DNA of 64,000 nt from Candidatus Culexmicrobium cathedralense (GTDB lineage Archaea; Thermoproteota; Methanomethylicia; Culexarchaeales; Culexmicrobiaceae), in assembly GCA_025061115.1 (NCBI GenBank), contig JANZKC010000003.1, forward strand, positions 64,001-128,000. The letters are read 5' to 3'. The position numbers and the translations under genes were made by a program. Position 1 is the stretch's first letter; each line of letters starts with the position of its first letter. Below, piece after piece: positions 18,829 to 28,482 of the stretch. Under the pieces are notes generated by a model. The model saw only the letters and a program-made list of their open reading frames with translations. It searched no databases and had not been told where the DNA came from.

Positions 18829-20058
18829 ATGATTGCTTCTAAGCGCTTTAGATACTTGCCTGTAAGTGATGCAGTTAGGAGAGTTTTAAGTCAATTGGAA
18901 ATTAATCAATGGGAAGTTGAGGAAGTTCCATTGGTTGATGCTTTTGGAAGAGTTTTAGCTGAAGAGGTGAAAGTTAATTTTGATATTCCGCCGTATGATA
19001 CAGCTCATTTTGATGGTTATGCAGTTAATTATGAGGATACGTTAAATGCTGCACCTAAAAATCCTATATACTTAACCGTAAAGGGTTATATTCCTCCAAA
19101 TAAAATCCATGATTTAAGTATTGGTAGAGGTGAAGTGTATACTATTAGCACTGGTGCCTACCTACCTAGGGGCGCCAACGCAATAATTCCAATTGAATCA
19201 GTCAGATTAATTAATGATGGTAAAATTGAAGTAAGGCATCCAAGTAAGCTTGGAGATCACGTGATTTGGAAAGGCAGCGACTTTAAATTTGGCGAAATCA
19301 TTTTCACCCCGGGCCACGTCTTAAGGCCGCAGGACATCGGTTTGCTTGCCTATTTAGGTTTTAAAAGAATTAAGGTATATGTCAAACCTAGAATTTCAAT
19401 AATATCAGTTGGAGATGAGTTGTTATCGAGGGGGTTTTCCGACCATACATATGTTATTTCGGGTCTAGTTAAAGAGTATGGAGGCATCCCTATAGATTTG
19501 GGAGTGATCGGTGATGATGTAATTGAAATAAGAAGAGCACTGTCAAGAGGGCTTGAAGAAGGTGATTTAGTTATAACGATAGGTGGGTGCTCTGTTGGCA
19601 AGAAGGATTTGGTTCCAGATGCAGCAATGTCATTCAGCAACTCAAAAATAGTAGTTAGGGGATTAAAGAGAGTTCCAGGTCGTCAAACAAGCTTAGCAAT
19701 CATAGACGGCAAGCCTGTGCTGATGCTTCCGGGATTAATTCAATCAATGATTGTGGGTTTCTATTCGCTTGGAATTCCTATTTTAAGAAAACTCACCAAT
19801 TCTTTAATTCAAAATAATTGTATTGCAGTTAGGCTTTTTAGGAGCTTAGAGTTAAATTACATGAAGCCATTTGAAAGAGTGGTTTTTGGTAAAATCATTG
19901 ACTTTAATGGTCTTCCAATCGTTAAGCCCTTGACCGGCTATTCCATGCTTAGAAGCATTGTAGTTAGGTCCGATGGCTTTATAATTATTCCGCCATTTGA
20001 AACAAAAATTGATGTCAATAAAATCTTTAGATTTAACCTCTTCAGGCCAATTTTATAG
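18829..20058 (+). CDS. moeA: molybdopterin molybdotransferase
   Basis: GRVLAEEV..DIPPYDTAHFDGYAV, ISTGAYLPRGANAIIPIE and GGCSVGKKD. ATG 18829 follows GGTGA (track start 18763 overlaps mocA). Confidence 0.88.
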   Translation: MIASKRFRYLPVSDAVRRVLSQLEINQWEVEEVPLVDAFGRVLAEEVKVNFDIPPYDTAHFDGYAVNYEDTLNAAPKNPIYLTVKGYIPPNKIHDLSIGRGEVYTISTGAYLPRGANAIIPIESVRLINDGKIEVRHPSKLGDHVIWKGSDFKFGEIIFTPGHVLRPQDIGLLAYLGFKRIKVYVKPRISIISVGDELLSRGFSDHTYVISGLVKEYGGIPIDLGVIGDDVIEIRRALSRGLEEGDLVITIGGCSVGKKDLVPDAAMSFSNSKIVVRGLKRVPGRQTSLAIIDGKPVLMLPGLIQSMIVGFYSLGIPILRKLTNSLIQNNCIAVRLFRSLELNYMKPFERVVFGKIIDFNGLPIVKPLTGYSMLRSIVVRSDGFIIIPPFETKIDVNKIFRFNLFRPIL

Positions 20059-20081
20059 TTCAAATTGGAGCGTGCATAGGT

Positions 20082-20315
20082 TTGAAGCAAATTAGTTTGG
20101 ATGATCTTGCTAGGGATTATGATATTGATGTTAATAATCTAAGAGAAGAGTTGAGGAGGAGAGGGTTGAGTTTGGATGATGTTAATATTTATGCTTTAAA
20201 TTATGTTCCAATGAGGTTGCAGCACATATTTTTTGAACTTAATAAGTTAGATTTAATTGTTATTGAAACTAGAATTATTGAATCTAAACTATTATTGATT
20301 TGCGCAAAAATTTAA
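20082..20315 (+). CDS. small hypothetical protein
   Basis: 77 aa ORF with TTG start right after moeA; plausible composition. Confidence 0.5.
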   Translation: MKQISLDDLARDYDIDVNNLREELRRRGLSLDDVNIYALNYVPMRLQHIFFELNKLDLIVIETRIIESKLLLICAKI

Positions 20316-20389
20316 TCTATTATTAAATAAACATTAAATTAATGAGTTTTTTACTTTTAATGTTTAAGTGTTAAATGCTTTGGTGCATG

Positions 20390-21667
20390 TTATTTCACGT
20401 ATTCACAGCCGCACCATTCAACTATCATTGTTGCCATGACTTTGGTGGCTCTGATTACATCGCTAACTTTAACTCTCTCATTGTAGGCGTGCATTTGGGT
20501 TATTGTTCCAGGTCCGAAACATACTGTTGGTACTCCCATTTTCATCAGTATTCTCATGTCTGTTGCTCCTTCATGTCCCTTAATTATTGGATCCATATTT
20601 AGTGCGGCTCTGTAGGAATTGATTAATGATTGAACTACTGGATGTTGAACTGAGATTTCTGCTCCTTCACCTGCATATCCTTCTTGCCTGATTATTGGAG
20701 GATTAAATCTCAGCCAAGGATCAGTTTTAGAATAATTTAGTATGAAGTCTTTTAATTCATTAAATGCTGATTCGATGGTTTCTCCTGGTAGTAGTCCCAT
20801 TCTGCCTTTAAGCACAGCTTTATCTGGTATTGCGCTTGGATAGGTTCCTGCATTTAGAATTCCTATGAAGAGTGCGAGCACGCCTTTAGGGTCAGGGTAT
20901 AGTGGATGCTTCTTCTCCTTAATCCTTATTTCATACAGTTTTTTCACTGCTTCATAAACCTTGTATGCTTGTTCAATGGCGTTTACTCCCTTCCATATTC
21001 TTGACATCGATGCGGTTTTGCCTTTAACTTCAACTGTAAACCACATGCTTCCCGATACTGCTGGTTGAATTTCCATGTCGCTTGCCTCGGCATTTATTGC
21101 TCCATCAGCTTTATATCCTCGTAGCAGTGCTGCTAATGTGCCATTGCTTGTGTATTCTTCATCTATGACGTAGTGCATGTATATGTCTCCTTTAGGTTTG
21201 AATCCAGCATCTAAAATTAATTTTACAGCCATGGTATATGCGGCTATGCCACTTTTCATATCTGAGGCTCCTCTACCGTAAAGATAATCCTCTTCAACTA
21301 CGGCTTCAAATGGGTCGTACTTCCAAGATTCTTTTGGACCTGGAGGTATTACATCAACATGACCATTGAATAATAACGATTTGCCACCGCCAGTGCCCTT
21401 AACAATTCCAGTCAGCATGGGCCTATTCTTGTATGGAATTTTCGGTTTTTCAGCTAGTGGGCTCTTTAAAAGTTCATTTTCATTAATAATCCACATATCG
21501 TAATTTATACCCCATTCCTTGAGTTGAGAAGCAATAAATTCTTGAATATCCTTTTCTTGACCTGTAATGCTTGGAATTCTAATTATTTCCTGTAAAAATT
21601 TAATTATTTCGTTTTTACTTTCGTCGATTTTACTAACTATTTTCTCGATGATCTCTTTCTTATTCAC
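20390..21667 (-). CDS. M20A family (ArgE/DapE-like) deacylase
   Basis: NGHVDVIP, GRGASDMKSG, IDEE, NAE and MHAYNE metal-binding motifs; GGTGA RBS. Confidence 0.9.
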   Translation of the reverse strand: MNKKEIIEKIVSKIDESKNEIIKFLQEIIRIPSITGQEKDIQEFIASQLKEWGINYDMWIINENELLKSPLAEKPKIPYKNRPMLTGIVKGTGGGKSLLFNGHVDVIPPGPKESWKYDPFEAVVEEDYLYGRGASDMKSGIAAYTMAVKLILDAGFKPKGDIYMHYVIDEEYTSNGTLAALLRGYKADGAINAEASDMEIQPAVSGSMWFTVEVKGKTASMSRIWKGVNAIEQAYKVYEAVKKLYEIRIKEKKHPLYPDPKGVLALFIGILNAGTYPSAIPDKAVLKGRMGLLPGETIESAFNELKDFILNYSKTDPWLRFNPPIIRQEGYAGEGAEISVQHPVVQSLINSYRAALNMDPIIKGHEGATDMRILMKMGVPTVCFGPGTITQMHAYNERVKVSDVIRATKVMATMIVEWCGCEYVK

Positions 21668-21735
21668 TTTCTCACCAAATATATTGATGACACATATTTT
21701 ATATAATGTTTTATGAGATTATTATTGGTGAAAAC

Positions 21736-22770
21736 TTGAAGGCAGCTATTCTTGAAGGACCTAAAAAATTGCTGGTGGCTGAGGCTCCAACACCTACATC
21801 TGTTAGAGCTGGTGAAGTTATAATTAAAATCGAATATGCCGCGGTATGCGGCACTGACGTTCACTTATATGCCGGAGATTTACCTGCTAGATATCCAGTT
21901 ATTCTTGGCCATGAATATGCGGGCAGAATATTGATGGTTGGGCCCAGAGTTAGGAATTTTAAGCCTGGAGATAGAGTTGTCGGCTCCTACGTAGTTTATT
22001 GTGGTGATTGCAGATTCTGTATTTCTGGGAAATATCAATTATGCGAAAGAAGATTGCTGTTTGGAATAAATATAGACGGCTCGTTTGCCCAGTACATGAA
22101 GGTCCCATTGGCAGATAGAGTTTTAATAAAAGTTCCAGATGACCTTGAACTTAGAGATGCTGTCCTTATACCAGACATGTTTCTCACGGGCTTCTGCGGA
22201 GTCGAAGCTGGAGTTAAGCCTGGAGACTATGTTCTAATCAGTGGGCTTGGAGGCGTTGGGTTATCAGCAGCAATTGCAGCTAAGCATGCTGGTGCTTCAC
22301 TTGTCATAGGAGTTGACATGCGAGACAAGCCGCTTGAGCTTGCAAAGCAGTTGGGCATGGACCAAGTAATCGACGCGCGAAAGGAGAATGTTGCTGAAGC
22401 AGTTAAGAAGCTCACGGACGGGTATGGCGTTCACGTGGCAATTGAAGCGAGTGGAGCTCCTCCAGCAATTAAATCAGCATTGGAAGCAATTAGGCCAAGT
22501 GGAAAACTTGTTCAAATAGGAATTCCTGGAAAGCCAGTGGAGCTAGACTTGAAGTATCTCATAGGGATGGAAAAGTCAATTATCGGTGTGTTAAATCCAG
22601 CAACACCGATACATATGGAGAGGGCAATGAACTTCGTTAAACCTAGGATAAGTGAATTGAGGAAGCTTGTTACTCACGAGTACTCACTGGATGAAATTGT
22701 TGAGGCAATGAATGTTGCTTACAAGAAAGTTGGCGACCCAATTAAAGTGCTAATTAAAGTTGCGCCGTAG
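21736..22770 (+). CDS. zinc-dependent medium-chain alcohol dehydrogenase
   Basis: CGTDVH, GHEYAG, structural Zn CGDCRFC...C and GLGGVG. TTG 21736 follows GGTGA. Confidence 0.9.
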   Translation: MKAAILEGPKKLLVAEAPTPTSVRAGEVIIKIEYAAVCGTDVHLYAGDLPARYPVILGHEYAGRILMVGPRVRNFKPGDRVVGSYVVYCGDCRFCISGKYQLCERRLLFGINIDGSFAQYMKVPLADRVLIKVPDDLELRDAVLIPDMFLTGFCGVEAGVKPGDYVLISGLGGVGLSAAIAAKHAGASLVIGVDMRDKPLELAKQLGMDQVIDARKENVAEAVKKLTDGYGVHVAIEASGAPPAIKSALEAIRPSGKLVQIGIPGKPVELDLKYLIGMEKSIIGVLNPATPIHMERAMNFVKPRISELRKLVTHEYSLDEIVEAMNVAYKKVGDPIKVLIKVAP

Positions 22771-23036
22771 GAGTTTCTCCTACTTGTTAATTTATTCTCC
22801 TCCTTTTGGCAAGCATATCTATTGGAATGCTCGTGTATTAGTATTGCAGTATCCTCTTGAAGTGGGGTTATTTCTCCGACCTTCTAACTCCTTAATGTCT
22901 TGTTGCCCTTCATGGCTATGTGGAGCTAAATGGTTGTAGCGCTCATTTACATACTAATGTACTTCGCAATGTAATTGTTAATTCTGCTGAAAACAAATCT
23001 ATAAATCGTTATGTTGCTCTCATAAATTATGTGTAG

Positions 23037-24365
23037 GTGGTTGTTTTGACGCGCGTTGCAATTGTTAAAGTTAGAGAGCCAGTAGATGAAAGTAACATTC
23101 GAGAAGCAGTGGAGAGCGCGATTGGTAATCTTGGTGGAATTGATCGATTCATTAAGCCTGGAGAAAAGGTGTTAATTAAGCCTAACTTGGTTAGCCCTAG
23201 GCCGCCTCCAGTTACTACTGATCCGAGAGTTGTTGAGGCTGTTGCAATGATTGTTAAGGAAGCTGGAGCTCAGCCAATTATTGCTGAGTCATGCTCGGCG
23301 ATGACTCATTGGTGGAGGGAGGGGATGAATACTAGGCAAGTTATGGAGCTGCTCGGCTACATCGACATGGCTAAGAGGGTAGGTGTTGATATAGTTCCTC
23401 TCGACGAGGAGGGCTTCAAGTCTATTAAAGTAAAAATTCCAAATGGAGTTGTTGTAAAAGAAATTGAGCTTGCGGAATTAGCTCTCAAAGTTGATAAGAT
23501 TATTGGTGTTCCCGTTTTAAAGACTAGCATGGAAGGAGGAGGATTGACTGGTTGCTTGAAGCTCATGCATGGCTTGACAAACACGTTTAATGACAGGTTG
23601 AGATGGCATAGGTCCGACTTATGGTATAAAATTGTTGATGAGCTTAAGCCAATAATGGATAAGTATGTGCTGGGAATTTTCGATGCAATTAAATGCATGG
23701 AGGGGGACGGTCCAATTCATGGAGATCCAGTTGACATGAACTTGATAATAGCTGGCGACGATCCAGTTGCAACGGATGCAATTGCAGCTAAAATTATTGG
23801 ATATGAGTACCCGCATCTTGAAATTGGGCCAATAGCTATTGCGCACACGCAGGGATTAGGCGTTGGAGATCCTTCCAAGATTGAAGTTGTAGGCATGGAC
23901 ATAGATAAAGTTAGGAGGAGATTTAAATTTGCCAATTGCGAAATCGTTGAGCCGCACTTTCCAAATACCTACGTGATTGATGGAGCAAGCTGCAGGACAT
24001 GTAAAGCTTGGATCAAATTCACGCTGTACATGCTCAAGGATACTGGTTTCTTCGATGAACTGAAATCTATGAACAAGTACTTGTATTTCTTCGTTGGCTT
24101 GAACGCTCCATTACCATTAAGCGTTGAAGAGATAAGTAAATTAGCTGAAAAAGGTTTGGTCATAGTTTTTGGGGAATGTACAGTATCAACAACTGGCAGG
24201 GAGCTTTACTGGATCTTGACTCAAGGATCATTAAAAGATAAGGTTATGATTGTTCATGGATGTCCACCCTTCGCCGTGTCGGAGTATGCTGCTGAAATTA
24301 GGAGGAGATTTGGGCTCGAAGTTACTGAACGTGAAGTTGAAGCTTTCAAATATGTTCCAACGTAA
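23037..24365 (+). CDS. DUF362-family putative Fe-S protein
   Basis: VLIKPNLV, TTDPRVV, PVLKT, GCLK and EGDGPIHGDP; C-terminal ASCRTC...GEC...HGCPP. Confidence 0.85.
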   Translation: MVVLTRVAIVKVREPVDESNIREAVESAIGNLGGIDRFIKPGEKVLIKPNLVSPRPPPVTTDPRVVEAVAMIVKEAGAQPIIAESCSAMTHWWREGMNTRQVMELLGYIDMAKRVGVDIVPLDEEGFKSIKVKIPNGVVVKEIELAELALKVDKIIGVPVLKTSMEGGGLTGCLKLMHGLTNTFNDRLRWHRSDLWYKIVDELKPIMDKYVLGIFDAIKCMEGDGPIHGDPVDMNLIIAGDDPVATDAIAAKIIGYEYPHLEIGPIAIAHTQGLGVGDPSKIEVVGMDIDKVRRRFKFANCEIVEPHFPNTYVIDGASCRTCKAWIKFTLYMLKDTGFFDELKSMNKYLYFFVGLNAPLPLSVEEISKLAEKGLVIVFGECTVSTTGRELYWILTQGSLKDKVMIVHGCPPFAVSEYAAEIRRRFGLEVTEREVEAFKYVPT

Positions 24366-24407
24366 ATTGAATTTATTTGGAGGCGATTAAATCTGGCTGA
24401 GGATCCA

Positions 24408-26729
24408 ATGCGCTTGCTTGAAAAGTGGTTAAGAGCTGAACGTTTTCTAGTAGTAGGTAAATCAGTTAAACGATTGGATGCAATTGATAAGGTTACTGGT
24501 AAAGCTAAGTTCATGGAGGATCATGTTTTACCAACTATGCTCTATGTAAAGCTTTTAACTAGCACTGAGCCTCATGCGAGAATACTTGGAATAGATGTTG
24601 GCGAGGCGTTGAGAGTTAAAGGAGTGGTTAAAGTTGTAACTTCAAATGACATTCCAGGTGAAAATCAAGTTGGATACGCCCTTCCAGATCAACCATTGCT
24701 GGCTGCTTGTAAAGTTAGATTTCATGGAGAACCTATAGGGCTGGTAGCTGCTGAAACGCCCGAAGCCGCGCTTGAAGGAGCAATGGCAGTTAAAGTGGAC
24801 TATGAGCCGTTACCAGCAATTTTGGATCCAATTGAAGCTATGAGGCGAAAGGACGTTTTGGTTCATGAGGAGATGGGTAGTAATATTGCATTTACGACTA
24901 AAGTTAGGAAAGGTGATGTTAGAGCTGGATTTGAGAAAGCCGACGTTATAGTTGAAAATGAATATAGAACCCAACATCAAGATCACGTTTATCTTGAAAC
25001 TGAGGGTGCATTGGCCATACCTGAAAGAGGAGGAGAATTAACGATTTTTTCATGTGCACAATATCCGCATTTAGCTCAAGCCATAACTGCAAGAGTACTT
25101 GGTTTACCAGCTGGAAAGGTAAGAATAGTTCAGCCATTTATTGGTGGAGGATTTGGTGGAAAGGATGATACTGGCCCACTTGTTGCAGCTCAAGCAGCAC
25201 TTGTAGCTTACTTAACTGGTAGGCCAGCACTTCTAATCTACTCTAGGGAGGACTCCTTTAGAGCTAGATGTAAACGTGAGTCCTCAATCATAAAGTACAA
25301 GTCAGGGGCTACGAGAGAAGGCAAATTAACTGCAATTGAAGTGATGATAATAATGGATGCAGGGGCATATGCTAATCGGGGTCCATTCATTCTTTGGAGA
25401 GCTACGATGCACTCATCAGGGCCATACGTTGTTCCGAACGCTAAGGTCGATGGGTATTGCGTATATACGAATAAGGTTTATCAGGGCTCGTTTAGAGGCT
25501 TCGGAAATCCGGATATTCAATTTGCAGTTGAAGCTCAAATGGATGAGCTAGCTAATAAATTAGGTTTGGATCCTGTCGATTTTAGATTGAAAAACATTTT
25601 GAAGCCAGGCTCGCTTACAGTTACGAGTCAGCTTTTAAACCATTCGATTGGAATTGGAGAAGCATTAAGGCTTGTTGCTGAGAAAGCGAATTGGTGGGAA
25701 AAAAGGAGTGAGTATGGTTCTCAGAAAGGTAGGTTTCGAAGAGGTATTGGTGTAGCTTGTGCTTGGCATGGAATTAGCACCAGTAGAGGTGTGCCAGATT
25801 GGTCTAATGCATTAATAAAAGTCGAAAAGGATGGAAGCATTCAGGTTTTCACTGGAATTACTGAAATTGGACAGGGATCTCCTACAACATCGCATGTGCA
25901 GATAGTTGCTGAAGTTCTTGGAGTGCCAATAAATTATATTTCAATGCATTTTGGAACTACGGATGCACCAGATACTGGAGCAACGCATGCTTCCAGAGGA
26001 ACGAGTATTGGAGCTATAGGCGTGCTTTTGGCCGCGGCCAGAATTCGTGAGAGACTAAGCAGACTTGCAGCTAAAATTTTAAACTGCAATCCAGATGACC
26101 TAGTTTTTAAAGATGGAAAAATCTGTTCAAAAAGTGATGCTAGTAAATTGATTGGGTGGAAGGAATTAGTTAAGGAAGCCTATAACCGTGGAGTTGAACT
26201 ATCAGCTACAGGGTACTTCTATCTTCCGAAAGGAACTTTCGATCATGAAAGCGGGCAGGGATTTGCCTATCCAGCATACAGCTACATCGTTAATATAGCT
26301 GAAGTTGAAGTTGACGTGAAAACCGGCAGGGTGAGGGTTCTGAGAATGTGGCCTGCACTTGCAGCTGGAAGAATAATTAATCCACTTGCAGTTGAGGGGC
26401 AAATTGAGGGCGGAATAGCTCAGGGATTAGGCTTAGCGTTGATGGAAAAGGTTGAATTTGACGAGAAGGGGGCAATAGTAAATGCGAACTTAACGGACTA
26501 TGTGGTTCCCATCTCACTTGACATGCCTGAAGTGGAGAAGCCAATTTACGTCGAGGATTTATTCAAGTTCGGACCATTTGGAGCTAAGGGAGTAGGCGAG
26601 ATGGCGTTGATACCAACTCCAGCTGCAATAGCTAATGCAGTTGCGCATGCAATTGGAGTGAGAATAACTGAACTACCATTAACTCCAGAAAAAGTTTACT
26701 TCGCAATTAGGGGGAAGAGACATGCCTAA
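24408..26729 (+). CDS. xanthine dehydrogenase-family molybdoenzyme, molybdopterin-binding large subunit
   Basis: DKVTGKA, GGGFGGK, SFRGFGNP, EIGQG, ASR, GQIEGGIAQG and GAKGVGE (catalytic Glu). Confidence 0.93.
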   Translation: MRLLEKWLRAERFLVVGKSVKRLDAIDKVTGKAKFMEDHVLPTMLYVKLLTSTEPHARILGIDVGEALRVKGVVKVVTSNDIPGENQVGYALPDQPLLAACKVRFHGEPIGLVAAETPEAALEGAMAVKVDYEPLPAILDPIEAMRRKDVLVHEEMGSNIAFTTKVRKGDVRAGFEKADVIVENEYRTQHQDHVYLETEGALAIPERGGELTIFSCAQYPHLAQAITARVLGLPAGKVRIVQPFIGGGFGGKDDTGPLVAAQAALVAYLTGRPALLIYSREDSFRARCKRESSIIKYKSGATREGKLTAIEVMIIMDAGAYANRGPFILWRATMHSSGPYVVPNAKVDGYCVYTNKVYQGSFRGFGNPDIQFAVEAQMDELANKLGLDPVDFRLKNILKPGSLTVTSQLLNHSIGIGEALRLVAEKANWWEKRSEYGSQKGRFRRGIGVACAWHGISTSRGVPDWSNALIKVEKDGSIQVFTGITEIGQGSPTTSHVQIVAEVLGVPINYISMHFGTTDAPDTGATHASRGTSIGAIGVLLAAARIRERLSRLAAKILNCNPDDLVFKDGKICSKSDASKLIGWKELVKEAYNRGVELSATGYFYLPKGTFDHESGQGFAYPAYSYIVNIAEVEVDVKTGRVRVLRMWPALAAGRIINPLAVEGQIEGGIAQGLGLALMEKVEFDEKGAIVNANLTDYVVPISLDMPEVEKPIYVEDLFKFGPFGAKGVGEMALIPTPAAIANAVAHAIGVRITELPLTPEKVYFAIRGKRHA

Positions 26730-27003
26730 AGTAAAGTTGAAGCTACTGTTTAGTCCTCTGAGAAGCCTGATAAGTGAAGATGAGCTGACAATCGAAGCTA
26801 AAAGCTTCAGAGAAGTAATTTCAAAGCTAACTGAAAGGTATGGGGGAGTTGTTAGTAATATGTTCTTCACTGAAGATGGGGGAGACCACCACTTCAACTA
26901 TTTAATAATGGATGGAAGAACTTATAGGGTAAGCGAATTGCTCGATTTGAAGTTTAATAGAGATAAAGTAATTTACGTATGGCCAGCATTGGATGGAGGC
27001 TAG
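26722..27003 (+). CDS. MoaD/ThiS-like ubiquitin-fold protein
   Basis: 93 aa, LFSPLRSL...IYVWPALDGG with C-terminal GG; overlaps the large-subunit stop by 8 bp. Confidence 0.75.
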   Translation: MPKVKLKLLFSPLRSLISEDELTIEAKSFREVISKLTERYGGVVSNMFFTEDGGDHHFNYLIMDGRTYRVSELLDLKFNRDKVIYVWPALDGG

Positions 27004-27006
27004 AAA

Positions 27007-27903
27007 GTGGCCCAATTCTATTTGATTCCAAAGATAAACTACTTTAAGCCGAAAAACTTGGATGAAGCATTAAAACTGTTAAGTAAACTTGAAGAAGCTA
27101 GAGTAATTGCTGGAGGAACAGACCTGATAGTGGACATGAAGACCGGTAGAACGAAGCCAAAAAGCGTAATTGACATATCCTCACTAGGTGAACTTAAGTA
27201 CATAAAACTGGACTCAACATCAATCAGAATTGGAGCAGCAACAACTTTACAAGAGATACTTGAATCTAAAATCATTGTCGAAAATGTTCCTGTACTTGCG
27301 GAAGCAATAAGCAATATGGGTTCATGGCATTTGAGGAATGTAGCTACGATAGGAGGAAATCTCTGCAATGCGTCTCCAGCTGCAGATACAGCTCCACCCT
27401 TGCTTGTTCTGAATGCTGAAGTAAAGTTGAGAAGCTTAATGGAAGAGAGAATAGTTCCAATCAGCAAGTTCTTCCATGGCCCCCGCTCAACGGAGTTAAG
27501 AGCTAACGAAATCATGACGGAAATAGTAATTCCAAGACCTCCCAAAAAATCCGGAATGAAATTCTTGAAATTGGGTAGAAGAAGCGCTCACACCCTATCA
27601 ATAGTTGCTGTTGCAACGTTAGTGACTGTCGATAAGGGTAGGTTTAATGATGTTAGAATATCATTAAATGCTGTTGCTCCAACTCCAATAAGAGCTTACA
27701 AGACAGAAGAAGCCTTGAAGGGAGAAAAGGTCGAAATAGGAGTTATAGAGGATAAAATGAAGATGATTGCAGAGGAAATCAAGCCGATAACAGACGTGAG
27801 AGCTTCAGCTGAATATCGCAGGGAAATGTCGATAATATTGGCTAGAGATGCGATTTTTGAATCTCTAAAACAATTAGGATTCAAATTGGAGGTGGATAAT
27901 TGA
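27007..27903 (+). CDS. XDH-family FAD-binding medium subunit
   Basis: IAGGTDL, RNVATIGGNLCNASPAAD and DVRASAEYR. Confidence 0.93.
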   Translation: MAQFYLIPKINYFKPKNLDEALKLLSKLEEARVIAGGTDLIVDMKTGRTKPKSVIDISSLGELKYIKLDSTSIRIGAATTLQEILESKIIVENVPVLAEAISNMGSWHLRNVATIGGNLCNASPAADTAPPLLVLNAEVKLRSLMEERIVPISKFFHGPRSTELRANEIMTEIVIPRPPKKSGMKFLKLGRRSAHTLSIVAVATLVTVDKGRFNDVRISLNAVAPTPIRAYKTEEALKGEKVEIGVIEDKMKMIAEEIKPITDVRASAEYRREMSIILARDAIFESLKQLGFKLEVDN

Positions 27904-28367
27904 AAATTAAATTCAACTTGAATGGAAAGTATGTTGAAGTTGATGCTCCGCCAAATATGACGCTACTTGACCTATTGAGAAGAAAACTATTAATAACTAG
28001 TGTGAAGAGAGGCTGTGAGAAAGGAGAATGCGGTGCTTGCACAGTTCTAGTTGATGGGAAGCCGGTTTATTCCTGCTTAATTTTGGCTCCAATGATCGAG
28101 GGTAGAAGCGTCATAACTGTAGAATATTTATCTAGAGATGGAAGCTTACATCCAATACAAGAAGCATTTGTTGAAGCTGGAGCTGTTCAATGCGGATTCT
28201 GCACTCCAGCATTCATATTAACTGCATACGCACTACTTAATAAGAATCCAAAGCCATCAAAAGAGGAGGTAATGAGGGCATTCGAGGGGCTAATATGTAG
28301 GTGCACAGGATATGTAAAACTAATTAAAGCAACATTACTTGCAGCCGAGAAGATCCGTGGCAAGTGA
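27900..28367 (+). CDS. XDH-family [2Fe-2S] small subunit
   Basis: GCEKGECGACTV, SC, QCGFCTP and CRCTGY. Confidence 0.94.
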   Translation: MKIKFNLNGKYVEVDAPPNMTLLDLLRRKLLITSVKRGCEKGECGACTVLVDGKPVYSCLILAPMIEGRSVITVEYLSRDGSLHPIQEAFVEAGAVQCGFCTPAFILTAYALLNKNPKPSKEEVMRAFEGLICRCTGYVKLIKATLLAAEKIRGK

Positions 28368-28482
28368 CATGGAGATCAATTATACATTATTAAGTTCAGA
28401 AATTTGAAAAGATGCTTCGAAAGCCGATCAAACCCTAACATAAATATTCATTTAGGATTAATTGTATTTAATTGGTGATTAA

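Noticed and set aside
22771-22980. Possible minus-strand gene remnant between the ADH and DUF362 genes
   Set aside because: Only short broken frames, and no family could be assigned.
24408-28367. Aerobic CO dehydrogenase (CoxLMS) or 4-hydroxybenzoyl-CoA reductase
   Set aside because: The active-site loop is SFRGFG, not AYxCSFR or AYRGAGR, and the FAD subunit lacks the 4Fe-4S Cys insert of HBCR.
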